A stretch of 64,000 bases of DNA, from the NCBI GenBank assembly GCA_965198115.1, contig OZ240241.1, positions 1,120,001 to 1,184,000 of the forward strand, given 5' to 3'. The stretch is from Candidatus Latescibacterota bacterium (GTDB lineage Bacteria; Latescibacterota; UBA2968). Positions 32,251 to 42,606 of the stretch are shown here, in pieces (position 1 is the first letter of the stretch; every line of letters begins with the position of its first letter). The position numbers and the translations under genes are program-made. The notes beneath the pieces were generated by a model. That model was not told where the DNA came from, made no database searches, and saw nothing but the letters and a program-made list of their open reading frames with translations.

Positions 32251-32473
32251 CCGACAGTATCACCGCGCTACACCTCGCCTGAGCAGCAACGTCCGCCACG
32301 CATATTCAGAGACACGCTCCAGTCGCACGGCTTCCGAACAACGTTATTATATACATAACTAGAGCCTGTTGCTCAACTCGCTGTCATGAAGGGAAGAATT
32401 GGAGGTTCTTTCTCAGTTCTACAAGCTGGCCCTTGAGAGGTCTGACCTGCTGGTTGATTTCACGCTTCGATAT

Positions 32474-33847
32474 GAGCTCAGGTCAATAGGTGTGTAAAAG
32501 AAATCAGGCGGCCATCTTCCCGGTTTCGACCTGCGGTCCGGTTGAGTGTTTCTGATCGTAGACTTGTTGTAGCAAGTGTGGCGCGGTGAGTTTCCTGAAT
32601 CGGCTCTCTGCGACCTTGAGCGTACGCCAGATGAGAGTCGTGGCGTTCCTGACTTTCTTGAATCGCCTGGCGGCGTTTGTGCGAAGCCGAACGGAAGCAA
32701 AGGGGCTCTCGACGACGTTCGTGGTTCTCAGGTGTTTCCAGTGTTCCTTCGGGAAGTCGTAGAACGTGACCATCCGATCCCAGTCTCTTTCGAGCGTCTC
32801 CACGGCGGCAGGGAACTGTGAGCGATACCGTGCGGCAAAGCGTTTCCGGAGCTTCTCGGCCTCCTTTTTCGTGCCGGCATAGGGGATCTGGACGAGCAGT
32901 GCGCGGGCTTCAGCCTGTGCACGCTTGGCGACCTTGTCGAGCACGTTGAGGATCTTGTGGTTCCAGCACCGTTGTTGCCGGCTCTCTGGCCAGACCTGAT
33001 CAACGGCCGCCCAGATGCCCATATTCCCGTCCGCGGCGATCAGGACAGGATGTTCGAGCCCGCGATCCCGGAGATCCCGGAGCACCGTGAGCCAGGATTC
33101 TGTAGACTCTCGATAACCGGGTTCTATCGCCAGGATCTCCTTGCTGCCGTCGCTCATCGCGCCGATCACGACCAGCAGACACGCCTTCTCGCGCTCGAGC
33201 CCGGCTTTGACGTAGATGCCATCAGCCCAGGCGTAGACCAGTTCGCGATTATCCAGACGCCTTTCTTTCCAGTCCTGGAAGTCGACCTCCCACTTCCCTC
33301 GAAGACGAGCGATCGAGGTCGGCGAAAGCGGCGCGCCATCACCGAGCAGCGCACGCAAAGACAACTCGAAGTCGCCCTGGGAGAGACCGTGGAGATAAAG
33401 GTCGGGAAGCAGATCTCCAATGGCCCTGGTTCTCCGGGCGAACAGGGGGAGGATGCGGCTTTCAAACCGCTCTTCCAGACCACGAACCCGGGGACGCCGG
33501 ACCTTGATCGTTCCGCAGCTCGTCGAGAGACGCCGGGGCTTGCCGTAGCCGTTCCTGTAGCCCCTGGAGCTATCAACCTCGGCTCGGCGCTCATACCACG
33601 ACCGGCCCAAGAACGCGGTCGCCTCCTCCTCCAGAATGGACTGGAACCGGCCCTGGATCTCTTCACGGATCCAATCGTCAACCGTCTCCCACGTCGGCAT
33701 GGACTTCAATGGGGCTCTATGCGTATGTTCCTTCACGGCGATCCTCCTTCCCAACCGGGCCTCTCACCCGGTTTTGTGTGAATCAACTATCTCACGGGAA
33801 GGGTAGGGTCGCCCTTTCTCTTTTTCCACACCTTTTGATTATAGCTC
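32474..33847 (-). mobile_element. Second IS256-type element with intact transposase (32504-33754), no target duplication
   Basis: YRNGY, WADG, ADG, QRCWNHK, RTTNVVES; IRs GAGCTCAGGTCAATAGGTGTGTAAAA / GAGCTATAATCAAAAGGTGTGGAAAA. Confidence 0.92.
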
Positions 33848-35075
33848 CATCGGTTGTGGAGATATCGAAGAAGGGTGTGCGAAATGTCGGGTCAATGAAT
33901 TTGCGAATCCGGCCCCCGATGGGTTCGACGATCAGGAGATCGCCGTTGGAGTCGAGCGCGAGCCTGGCGGGGGTTTCGACCGGGGCTACTAACCCGAGTT
34001 GTCCGTCTCCTGCGGAAAAGAACTCCCCCGTTCCGGCGAGAGTGACGATGGTCCCGTCGAGTTCAATGGCCCGCACGCGGTGGTTCTGTGTGTCGGCGAC
34101 GTAGACACGACCGGCTTCGTCGGCGGCGATGCCGGAGGGGAAGAAGAGCCGAGCATCCGTAGCCGGTCCGCCATCGCCGGAAAAAGTGAACCCACTTAAC
34201 TCGTCGCCGAACGTCAGCCCCCTCCCAGCGATAGTCGTGATCTGCGCAACCGGAATCGAATCTCCCTCCGGGATGACGAGCTCCAGTTGACGGACACGAT
34301 GGTTCACAAAATCAGCAAAAAGAAAGAAGTCGAGTGCGGTCGTCATCTGTTCGACGCTCATGCCGGCGTCGATCGCTGCGCTGCCATCTCCAGAAAACTC
34401 AATATTGCCGGTGCCCGCGATTCGGGTCACATCCGTGCTGTCCAGAACGGCCTGGATGATGATGTTGTTCCCGCCACCACCGGCATGCACTCCGTCGGCG
34501 ATGAAGAGCGTTGCGTCCGTGGTCCAGACATCGACGATCTCGCTGAAACTGGCGAGTTCGCGGGAAATTGGGACATCGGCCGGAACTTCGCCGAGCTGTC
34601 CCGAGCCGGTAAACGTCTCGATCACACCTCCGCTGACCCGACGGATAACGCGATTTCCCGTGTCTGCGATGTAGAGATCACCGCTCGAGTGAACGGCAAC
34701 CCCCTGAGGCCGACTGAGTTGTGCGGCCGTTGCGGGGCCTCCGTCGCCCGAATTGCCCTGAGTTCCGATGCCAGCGACGGTGGTAATATTTCCTGAGATC
34801 GCGTCGATTCTGCGAATCCGGTGCCTTCCTACTTCTGCGATGAAGATGTTGCCGGCGCCATCAAGGGAGATGCCCAGAGGGACGTCGAGCATAGCGTTGA
34901 TAGCTGGAATGTCCTCGCCGTTGGCGTCCGAACCTCCACCTGCGATCGTCACGATGGTGCCGGGTACCCCGTTGACCGTTGCCTGTCCATAAACAGGAAA
35001 GACAGGGGCCGAAAATGTCACCACAAGAATCGAGGATACGACAGCCACGATTCCGGTCTTGGGAATGTTGCTCAT
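33848..35075 (-). pseudogene. Secreted NHL-repeat (teneurin-like beta-propeller) protein, C-terminally cut by IS256
   Basis: Signal peptide; repeated SGDGGPAT.A.L..P.G.A.D..G..YIADT.N..IR. Confidence 0.85.
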
Positions 35076-35545
35076 CGCGTGCCTGATCGTGTCTACTCTT
35101 GAATACTAATGATGGTAGAGTTACTGATCGCAACCAAGATGCGATGGCGAGGAACGGCGAGCAAGCGTGGGCGATGGAGGGGATTACGGGAACTGAATGG
35201 CGACCATGATAGGACGGACACAGAGCGCGACAGGGCCACGATCTTCGCAGCCATGCCCGATACCCTCGTCCAGAGTGTTCGCATGAGACAGGCATGCTTA
35301 CGGCGGTTCTGAGCGAGGTGGACACGGCAAGGCCCCGACCGAGGGGGGGGCGGGCCCAATTCCAAATTTTGCTCAGATTTCAAAGCCAGCCTAAAAAGAT
35401 GAATCGATGCCCCCGCCTGTCGGGTCGTGATTTTCTGCGGGAGCGGGTTCGAGGTGAGACCTGGAAGATTTGCGGTCACGGACCATCCATCTGGAATCCG
35501 TTCAACCCTCTCCGGTGACTGATCGTCATCGCCCGATCCTGCGGG

Positions 35546-35644
35546 TGTATATAAAACCTCAAGTTGAAGGGAAACAGAAAGGCGCTTGTGTGCTGACCCA
35601 TATCCCTGTATTCTATCTGTATATAAAACAAATGTTTACATACA
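35546..35644. promoter_or_regulatory. res-like recombination/operator site
   Basis: TGTATATAAAAC at 35546 and 35618; the second pairs with inverted GTTTACATACA; AT-rich, directly upstream of the resolvase. Confidence 0.55.
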
Positions 35645-35661
35645 CAAATCAGGAGGGGGAC

Positions 35662-36241
35662 ATGGCACCGAGGAAGAACGCCCGCGTAGCCATCTACGCC
35701 CGCGTTTCAACGACCGGTCAGGATGCAGGCATGCAGGTGAGGGAACTCCGGGAATACGCTCATCAGAGGGGCCTGGAGGTCGTAGACGAGCTTGTCGATA
35801 CGGAGAGTGGGTCCAAGGACCGACGCCCGCAACTGGACCGTCTGTGGACCCTGGTACGGGGCCGCAAGGTCGATACGGTTCTCGTATATCGGTTCGACCG
35901 GTTTGCGCGCAGCACCAAGCAGTTGGTCGATGCCCTCGAAGAGTTCAACCACTTGGGCGTGGACTTCATCAGCCTCCACGAGCAGATCGACACGAGCAGC
36001 CCGATGGGTAAGGCGATGTTCACGATTATCAGCGCCATCTCCGAGTTCGAGCGCGAGATCATCAGAGAGCGGGTACGGTCGGGTCTGGCACGGGCGAAGG
36101 CCGATGGGAAGAAGCTGGGCAGACCACGTGTTCCAGAGAAAACAGAGAATCAGAACTCTCCGACGGGACAAAGGGATGAGTTTGGGTGCAATCTCGAAGC
36201 AACTGAACGTTCCGAGGGGGACGGTCCAAAAATACGCTTGA
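35662..36241 (+). CDS. Small serine recombinase (resolvase/invertase); frameshift ~36150 before the HTH
   Basis: AIYARVST, RFDRFARS, EFEREII.ER..GL..A..G..LGRP; HTH GMSLGAISKQLNVPRGTVQKY in the adjacent frame. Confidence 0.9.
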
Positions 36242-36255
36242 GGTTGCTGCCCGGG

Positions 36256-36695
36256 TTACCCCTGATCGTCCAACTCAAGGTCCACCGCCTCTGACCCTGG
36301 GGATTCGATCTCTGCCTGCTCTATGCTGGTTAGGTCCAAGACGGCCAGCAAATCAGTAGTCGAGATCGAACCAAGGTCCATGCTTACAGACCGGGATTCC
36401 TGGAGCTTCACTTTGGGTGCGAACGCTGCCCCAGCTTGAAATACTGCCCCGAGTCGTCTTTTAGGAGTTGGAACAGCTTCCAGGCCCCGGCGGTGTCGAT
36501 CCCGTAGGCAGCCGCTAGGGCACGATCTTCCTCCGTAAGGTCCAGGGCGTCCAGGGGTAGCCCGTAGGCGTCGAGCCATCCGTCTTTCGCCTGGGACCAC
36601 CGATTCAGGCTCCCCGGCTTGCGACCTCCAATTCGCTTGTGACCAACCCTGAATCGACCATTTTCGTGTCGGTCAAGCCGTTCTTCGTTCTCCAC
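36256..36695 (-). CDS. Phage terminase-small-subunit-like protein (frameshift ~36430)
   Basis: GRF..G....GGRKPGS.N N-terminus and C-terminal DL..ISTTDLL pattern; family by resemblance. Confidence 0.4.
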
Positions 36696-36923
36696 ATGTG
36701 CCAGTTGTTGGAGGCGGCGGAGGTGTGTTATCGTCGCATTGATCCTGGAAGATGCAGGCAACCCACTCCGGGTGGTCCACGAACTAACTAATCTTAGCCA
36801 CTCCGCTTGTCCGCTTCACGCGGAAATCCCGCAATCCATTAGACAGCCATTAGATTTTACAAGAAAAAGGCGACACCCCGAATTCGGTGACGCCTCTAAC
36901 TACTTGTTATTTAAGGTTTAAAG

Positions 36924-36999
36924 TGGAGCGGGAAACGGGACTCGAACCCGCGACATCAAGCTTGGGAAGCTTGCGCTCTACCAGCTGAGCTATTCCCGC
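36924..36999 (-). tRNA. tRNA-Gly(CCC)
   Basis: GCGGGAATAGCTCAG...TTCCCAA...GGTTCGAGTCCC...CCGCTCCA, 76 nt, encoded CCA. Confidence 0.98.
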
Positions 37000-37009
37000 T
37001 CGCCGGTGT

Positions 37010-37038
37010 AAGATAGGCGAGCCCCCAAATCGTGTCAA
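37010..37038 (-). promoter_or_regulatory. sigma70 promoter of tRNA-Gly
   Basis: TTGACA-N17-TATCTT, 10 nt before the tRNA. Confidence 0.7.
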
Positions 37039-37943
37039 GATGCACGCTTGAAAGCGGCAAGGACACCCTCGGCACCCCGGTTGGCGTCGATCCACTCGAC
37101 CTCAGACGCCCGGTTTCGGAACCAGCTCAGCTGACGTTTGGCGTAATGACGCGTGGCTTGCTGCATTTCAAGGACGGCCTCGTCAATCGACCGATCGCCC
37201 TTAACCACATCGAAGAATTCCGCATATCCGAACGTGCCGAGTGCGGGCATGGCTGGTCCGTATCCCCTATGCAGCAATCGCCGGACTTCATCGACGAGCC
37301 CGGATTCGACCATCGACCACGCACGAGCGTCAATGCGTTCGTAGAGTTGATGGCGGTCTCGCTCGAGGCCGAACCACTTGGCCCCTCGATCGGTAGCCGG
37401 TTGTCTCGGCTCGGACTGAAAAGACGAAATCGCAATACCCGTTTCCTCGAAGACTTCGAGTGCGCGGGTTACCCGCTGGCGGTCCGTCGGATGCAGCCGA
37501 TCGGCAGTTTTCGGGTCCACCTCCTGCAACCGAACGTAGCACGCGTCTAGATCGAGGTCGGCTTGCGCCTGAGTCTTCGCTCGCGTCTCTGGCGAAACTT
37601 CAGGAATCGGGCTGAATCCTCGGAACAGGGCCTCCAAATAGAACCCCGCGCCGCCGACGAGAATCGGCAGGTGGCCTCTCGCCACGATCTGTTCGATGGC
37701 TTCAGCCGCCCTCTTGGCGTATTCGGCTGCGTCGAAAGACTCGTTGGGGTCGACGATGTCGAGAAGGTGGTGCCTGGCACAGGCACGTTCGTGGGCGGTG
37801 GGTTTGGCCGTCCCGATATCCATGTATCGGTAGATTTGACGAGCATCTGCCGACACGATTTCCCCGTCGAGCTGCCGAGCGACCTCAATTCCGACGCCTG
37901 TCTTTCCCGACGCGGTCGGACCGACGATCACAACGACGTCCAT
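37035..37943 (-). CDS. miaA: tRNA dimethylallyltransferase
   Basis: GPTASGKT, DIGTAKP, YAKRQ.SWF; follows mutL. Confidence 0.97.
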   Translation of the reverse strand: MDVVVIVGPTASGKTGVGIEVARQLDGEIVSADARQIYRYMDIGTAKPTAHERACARHHLLDIVDPNESFDAAEYAKRAAEAIEQIVARGHLPILVGGAGFYLEALFRGFSPIPEVSPETRAKTQAQADLDLDACYVRLQEVDPKTADRLHPTDRQRVTRALEVFEETGIAISSFQSEPRQPATDRGAKWFGLERDRHQLYERIDARAWSMVESGLVDEVRRLLHRGYGPAMPALGTFGYAEFFDVVKGDRSIDEAVLEMQQATRHYAKRQLSWFRNRASEVEWIDANRGAEGVLAAFKRAS

Positions 37944-37950
37944 CGTGCCT

Positions 37951-39753
37951 CTATTCGAAACGACGTTCGATATCCTGCAGGGAGAATCGGAAAAGCGTGG
38001 GGCGCCCCTCTGGGCTTGCGTAGGGCTCGTCGGTGGCGAACAGAGCATCGATGAGGGCGCGCATCTCATCGCCTGAGAGGATCTTACCGTGGGGAATCGC
38101 CGCGTGACGTGCATAGGTGAGTGCGACGAGGTGCTCGATGGGTTCGACGCCACGGTCACCCAGAGCCATGGTCGACGTACCCTCCGCCAGGAGGTCGTCC
38201 ACCATGTCCCGGAACATCACGCCCTCTTCCCACCCATCCAGACCGACAGGTATAGCGTCGACCACGACCGAATTCCCCCCAAAATCCCGGATGCCGAACC
38301 CAACCCGCTCGAAAAGCGGCAAAGCATCCCGAACGGCCACGATTTCGGTCAATCCAAACTCGAGGGTGACGGGAAACAGGAGCGCCTGACCCGAACCCGC
38401 CTGGCCTCTGAATCGGACGATCGCCTCCTCGTAGAGGATGCGTCGGTGAGCCAAGTTCTGATCGATAATGACCGCGCCATCCCTGACCTGGGCGAGGACA
38501 TAGGCGGAGTGCAACTGGAAGACAGACACGCCGTAGCGCGTTTCGGCCTCTGGAGGTGCGTCCGTCGACGTCTCCATCCCCTTCGTGATTGTGAGGGGAA
38601 GACCCATCTGGACATTGTGAAGGTCCAGCGGTTCGGCGAGGTAGAGGTCTTCGGTGGGTCGATCGGCAACGATTGTGGGCTGAGGGCCATTATCGGACGT
38701 CCCTGCCGGCACACCCGACTTCAGTTCGACTGACTCGATCGTCTCGTCCGCCCACTCGGGAATCGATGTCTCCCGTCGAAGTGCCGATCGAACCGCCTCC
38801 GCGACGAACCGGTAGACGGCGCGCTCGTCTGCGAATCGGATTTCTCGTTTTGATGGATGTACGTTCACGTCGATCGCCCCGGGGTCGATGTTCAGACACA
38901 GCGCGTAGGCCGGTTGCACACCCTTCTGCAAGAGCCCACCGTATCCGTCGTGGACAGCCGTGGTCAGCCCCCGATGCCGAACCCACCGCTGATTGACGAC
39001 CAGGACGTGCTGGGCTGCTTTCCGGGCACGATCGGGGAGGCACACATAGCCCGTACAGCGCAAGCCGCTTCGCTGTGCCTCGACGAACACCGCATCCTCT
39101 CCGAGCGTCACGGCGAAGAGCGCCTGAATCCGGGTTGCCACGTCCGAGCGCCCGAGTCGAAAGTGACGACGACCCTCGTGATCGAGCGAAAACATGACCT
39201 GCGGATGGGCGAACGCCAGCCCGGCCGTCGTCTGAACGACGTGTCGCCACTCTGTCTCTGCGGATTTGAGGAATTTCCGACGTGCCGGCGTATTTTGGAA
39301 AAGACGCTCGACCAATAGGGTCGTCCCAGCGTCCCTGCCTACGGCTCGAACATCGATCACACGCCCGCCTTCCACGACGACACGTGTGCCCTCCTCTGCC
39401 TCGGGGATTCGAGTATCGAGTGTCAGGCGTGATACGGCCGCAATGCTGGGCAGGGCTTCGCCACGAAAGCCGAGTGTCCGCAGGTTGGTGAGGTCTTCGG
39501 CCGTTCGCAGTTTGGAGGTTGCGTGCCGTTCAAGCGCGAGAAGCGCGTCGTCGCGTGACATTCCGCACCCATTGTCCACGATGCGAATCGAGGTGCTACC
39601 ACCGGAGTCGACGGAGATGTCGACGCGATCGGCACCTGCGTCGAGCGCGTTTTCGACGAGTTCCTTGACGATCGATGCGGGGCGCTCCACGACCTCGCCG
39701 GCCGCAATCTTGTTGGCCACATCGTCGGCGAGGACGCGGATGCGTGAGGACAT
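37951..39753 (-). CDS. mutL: DNA mismatch repair protein MutL
   Basis: KIAAGEVVERP, GFRGEAL, DVNVHPSK; C-terminal domain with degenerate endonuclease motifs. Confidence 0.97.
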   Translation of the reverse strand: MSSRIRVLADDVANKIAAGEVVERPASIVKELVENALDAGADRVDISVDSGGSTSIRIVDNGCGMSRDDALLALERHATSKLRTAEDLTNLRTLGFRGEALPSIAAVSRLTLDTRIPEAEEGTRVVVEGGRVIDVRAVGRDAGTTLLVERLFQNTPARRKFLKSAETEWRHVVQTTAGLAFAHPQVMFSLDHEGRRHFRLGRSDVATRIQALFAVTLGEDAVFVEAQRSGLRCTGYVCLPDRARKAAQHVLVVNQRWVRHRGLTTAVHDGYGGLLQKGVQPAYALCLNIDPGAIDVNVHPSKREIRFADERAVYRFVAEAVRSALRRETSIPEWADETIESVELKSGVPAGTSDNGPQPTIVADRPTEDLYLAEPLDLHNVQMGLPLTITKGMETSTDAPPEAETRYGVSVFQLHSAYVLAQVRDGAVIIDQNLAHRRILYEEAIVRFRGQAGSGQALLFPVTLEFGLTEIVAVRDALPLFERVGFGIRDFGGNSVVVDAIPVGLDGWEEGVMFRDMVDDLLAEGTSTMALGDRGVEPIEHLVALTYARHAAIPHGKILSGDEMRALIDALFATDEPYASPEGRPTLFRFSLQDIERRFE

Positions 39754-39755
39754 GG

Positions 39756-41036
39756 TCAGTTGGCGAGGGCGCTCAGGAAAGAGTCTGCATCATCGAGGTC
39801 GGCTTTCGCCGCTTCGGTCAGGATCTGCATGCCCCGGTCACCCATGGAGAAGTGATCGAGGATTTCTTCACTGACTTCCGGTACGACGCTGTCGCCGCCG
39901 GAACCGTATTCCAGCTGCCGACACAGACAGTCGGCGATGTGGATGACGTAGACCAGACGTGAGTAGTGGCGAGTCTTCTGGGGGTCGTGGTGATTCTCTA
40001 TGCAGGCCGAGTAATTTTCGCCGAACTTCCACGCCGTAGCCAGTTGTCCGCCGATTTCCTCGTGGCCTACGCCCAGCACATCGAGTTCGGCGTCCAGGAT
40101 CGTCTGGTTTTTGGTTTCGACCGCTTCGAAGACGGCCCCGTAGTAGTCGGCAAAGTAGCGGTCCAGGACGACCTTCCCGAGATCGTGCAAGAGCCCGCCC
40201 AGGAATGCGGCTTCGACCTCCGTTTGGAGTTTCTTGGCGACCGCCCGGGCGATGAAGGCCGTCCCGACGGAGTGTCTCCAGAATTCTGTGAGATCGAGCC
40301 CACCCCCACCATCGTAATTACCCAGCTGCTCGAAAACTTGCGCGGCCATCACCAGGTTGCCGATTTCCTCCAATCCGATAAGGGTCACGGCAAGCTTCAG
40401 GGAATTCGTCGGCTTTCGGAACCCGTAGTAGGAGGAATTGACAAGCTTCAGGACCTGTGCCAGAAAACTGGGGTCCAGCTGAATCTGCTCGGCCAGGTCC
40501 CCACTCGACGAGTCATCGCTTCGAGCGAGCTTCATAATCTCCGCGTGTGTCGCGGGAAAGGTCGGAAACCCGTCGATCTGTTTCACCCGTTCCCTCAGAG
40601 ACTGAGACTTTTCCTCACGCTCTTCACCATTCTCTGCAGCCTCTTCTTCGGGATCGGCCTCTTGAGCGGTCTGAGCCTCTTCGAGGGCGGACTGAATGCA
40701 AGCCTGAAGGTCACTCGGTCGGAAGGGTTTTGCGAGGAAGTTCGTCACACCCGCGTTTCGAGAGCGGATGATCGAGTCGGGAGAGGGGTGAGAGGACGTG
40801 AGGATGATCGGAATGTGGTCGTATTTGGGGCTCATTCCGACCAATTCGGCCAGCCGGATGCCGCCGACACCTTCCTCCACGATCAACAGGTCGGGCGGGC
40901 TGTCCCTCAATACATTGACGGCACTCGGTCCGTCCGATGCCGTCTCCGGCTCGAACCGACCGACCAGCATCTTGCTGATCAACGACGCAAACCGATCCTG
41001 GTCGACAATCAGAACTCGTTTCTGATCATCGGGCAT
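39756..41036 (-). CDS. Receiver-like + HDOD domain protein
   Basis: N-terminal REC fold (FLAKPF); LKLVNSSYYG, FWRHS, GLLHDLGK. Confidence 0.9.
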   Translation of the reverse strand: MPDDQKRVLIVDQDRFASLISKMLVGRFEPETASDGPSAVNVLRDSPPDLLIVEEGVGGIRLAELVGMSPKYDHIPIILTSSHPSPDSIIRSRNAGVTNFLAKPFRPSDLQACIQSALEEAQTAQEADPEEEAAENGEEREEKSQSLRERVKQIDGFPTFPATHAEIMKLARSDDSSSGDLAEQIQLDPSFLAQVLKLVNSSYYGFRKPTNSLKLAVTLIGLEEIGNLVMAAQVFEQLGNYDGGGGLDLTEFWRHSVGTAFIARAVAKKLQTEVEAAFLGGLLHDLGKVVLDRYFADYYGAVFEAVETKNQTILDAELDVLGVGHEEIGGQLATAWKFGENYSACIENHHDPQKTRHYSRLVYVIHIADCLCRQLEYGSGGDSVVPEVSEEILDHFSMGDRGMQILTEAAKADLDDADSFLSALAN

Positions 41037-41145
41037 CTGCCCAATCTCCCCTGGTGTAGCGTTTGGCCAGCGAGGACAAATTTAATCGGGCGTCGGGGGG
41101 AGCGCAACGTCGGATCACGGGGAGGCGTGCACGAGTCGCGCCAAG

Positions 41146-41400
41146 TCACCATCGTTGTGCGAGATCGGCAAGAGCGTCGTCATCACCAAGATAGGATTCG
41201 CCGACGAATGCCTGGGGGACATCCCATCTCCCACCAGTTCGCTCGTGGAGGCGTTTCCTCATTTCGAACTCGTTGCCGTCGATCGGAATCTCTTCGTAGT
41301 CGGTGATGCCCGACGCCGTAAGAATAGCCTTGGCCCGGTCGCAGTAAGGGCAAAATCGTCGAGTGTAAAGCTGCAGTCTATCCAAGCCGTATGGTCCCAC
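41146..41400 (-). CDS. Glutaredoxin (CPYC)
   Basis: CPYC..AK, VPQ.FV; natural end probably at 41115 via a 1-nt indel. Confidence 0.85.
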   Translation of the reverse strand: MGPYGLDRLQLYTRRFCPYCDRAKAILTASGITDYEEIPIDGNEFEMRKRLHERTGGRWDVPQAFVGESYLGDDDALADLAQRW

Positions 41401-41659
41401 AAAAAAAACGCCTAACCTGCCAGGCGCCGGAAAAGATTGTCGAAGCTGCACGAATATTCGGCTGGCTTCCCGGTGGGTCGCCCTTACGCAAGTTCAAGGC
41501 GTTTTTTTGGAGCGAACTCCAATGGAAGTAATTTCGTCAAGAAGAGGGTCCCAGTCAAGGGTCATGCCGAGGGAGCGATCGAATGCGGAGGGGCCTCAGG
41601 CTCGATCTGCCCTGTCCGTGGGTTGACAGGTCCTACCTTCACCCTATTTTTCTCTCACC

Positions 41660-42004
41660 ATGGCCGAACTATCGATTGCCCATTCCGGCCTCAGAGCCTC
41701 CCAGGCAAAGCTCTCGACGTCTGCCCACAACACGGCCAATCTGACGACGGACGCGTTCTCGCGTCAACGCGTGATCCAAAGTGAGGCTCCGGCGGGCGGC
41801 GGAACACGGTTCCGCGTCGACACGGTCGATCTGAGCACGGACGCCCTGGATCGCGCCGAGCGTCTGCCAGGACCTCAGAATGCCGTGAATCTCGTGTCAG
41901 AAACGGTCGATCGTATTTCTGCGCTGAGGGCGTTCGAGGCAAACGTGAAGGTCGTTCGAGCTCACAACAGCCTGAGTCATACCCTGCTCGACATCACGGC
42001 CTGA
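41660..42004 (+). CDS. Stand-alone mini flagellar basal-body rod-family protein (terminal D0 segments only)
   Basis: SGL......SAHNTANLTT..F and VNLVSE....A.RAFEAN.KVV......LLDI. Confidence 0.8.
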   Translation: MAELSIAHSGLRASQAKLSTSAHNTANLTTDAFSRQRVIQSEAPAGGGTRFRVDTVDLSTDALDRAERLPGPQNAVNLVSETVDRISALRAFEANVKVVRAHNSLSHTLLDITA

Positions 42005-42009
42005 TCGGC

Positions 42010-42534
42010 GTGGCCACGCCAGGCCCCGTCCTCCTGGACGAAGCCCGTATCGAGTGTCGCATTAAAGAGCTGGCCGTCGAAATTGCCGACGCCTACGCTG
42101 GTCGATCACTCCTGACTCTGGCAGTCCTAAAAGGGTCCTTCGTCTTTCTGGCCGACCTCGTGAGAGCCATCGAGGCCCCTGTTGAAATCGAGTTCGTGAC
42201 ACTCTCGAGTTATGGATCGAGAACAGAGTCCCAAGGAACTGTTCGTCAGCTGACTCATCTGGGAGAGGAGATCGCGGGTCGGGATGTTCTGGTCGTCGAA
42301 GACATCGTCGATTCCGGCCGCACGCTCTCTCACCTGCTCGCGGCCCTGCAGCGGATGCGCCCGGCTTCGGTAGGAAGCTGTGCCTTCTTGAACAAGCCAG
42401 CCCGCCGTGAAGTAACTGTGCCGATCGAGTTCATCGGATTCGAGATTCCCGACGTGTTCGTTATCGGCTACGGACTCGACTTCGCCGGACGGTTTCGCAA
42501 TCTCCCATATGTGGCGGAATTGATCGACACGTAG
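42010..42534 (+). CDS. hpt: Hypoxanthine phosphoribosyltransferase
   Basis: VLKGS..FLADL, VLVVEDIVDSG.TL, FVIGYGLD..RNLPY. Confidence 0.96.
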   Translation: MATPGPVLLDEARIECRIKELAVEIADAYAGRSLLTLAVLKGSFVFLADLVRAIEAPVEIEFVTLSSYGSRTESQGTVRQLTHLGEEIAGRDVLVVEDIVDSGRTLSHLLAALQRMRPASVGSCAFLNKPARREVTVPIEFIGFEIPDVFVIGYGLDFAGRFRNLPYVAELIDT

Positions 42535-42545
42535 CCAACCTCATC

Positions 42546-42589
42546 AAACTAAAGAAGGGCGGCCCTGATGGGCCACCCTTCTTTAGTTT
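42546..42589. terminator. Bidirectional terminator
   Basis: AAACTAAAGAAGGG..GGCCC TGAT GGGCC..CCCTTCTTTAGTTT between convergent genes. Confidence 0.8.
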
Positions 42590-42606
42590 TGACCTCAGAC
42601 TGCGAC

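Noticed and set aside
32358-32473. IS5-like end (TAGAGCCTGTTG) next to IS256
   Set aside because: Too short to assign; no transposase or partner end found
41146-41148. Second selenocysteine at the glutaredoxin TGA
   Set aside because: Not in a redox motif; a 1-nt indel restores a normal DGDLARLV ending
3061-41306. Long antisense ORFs (e.g. 3061-4497, 32957-33781, 39966-41306)
   Set aside because: Shadow frames of GC-rich real genes with no motifs
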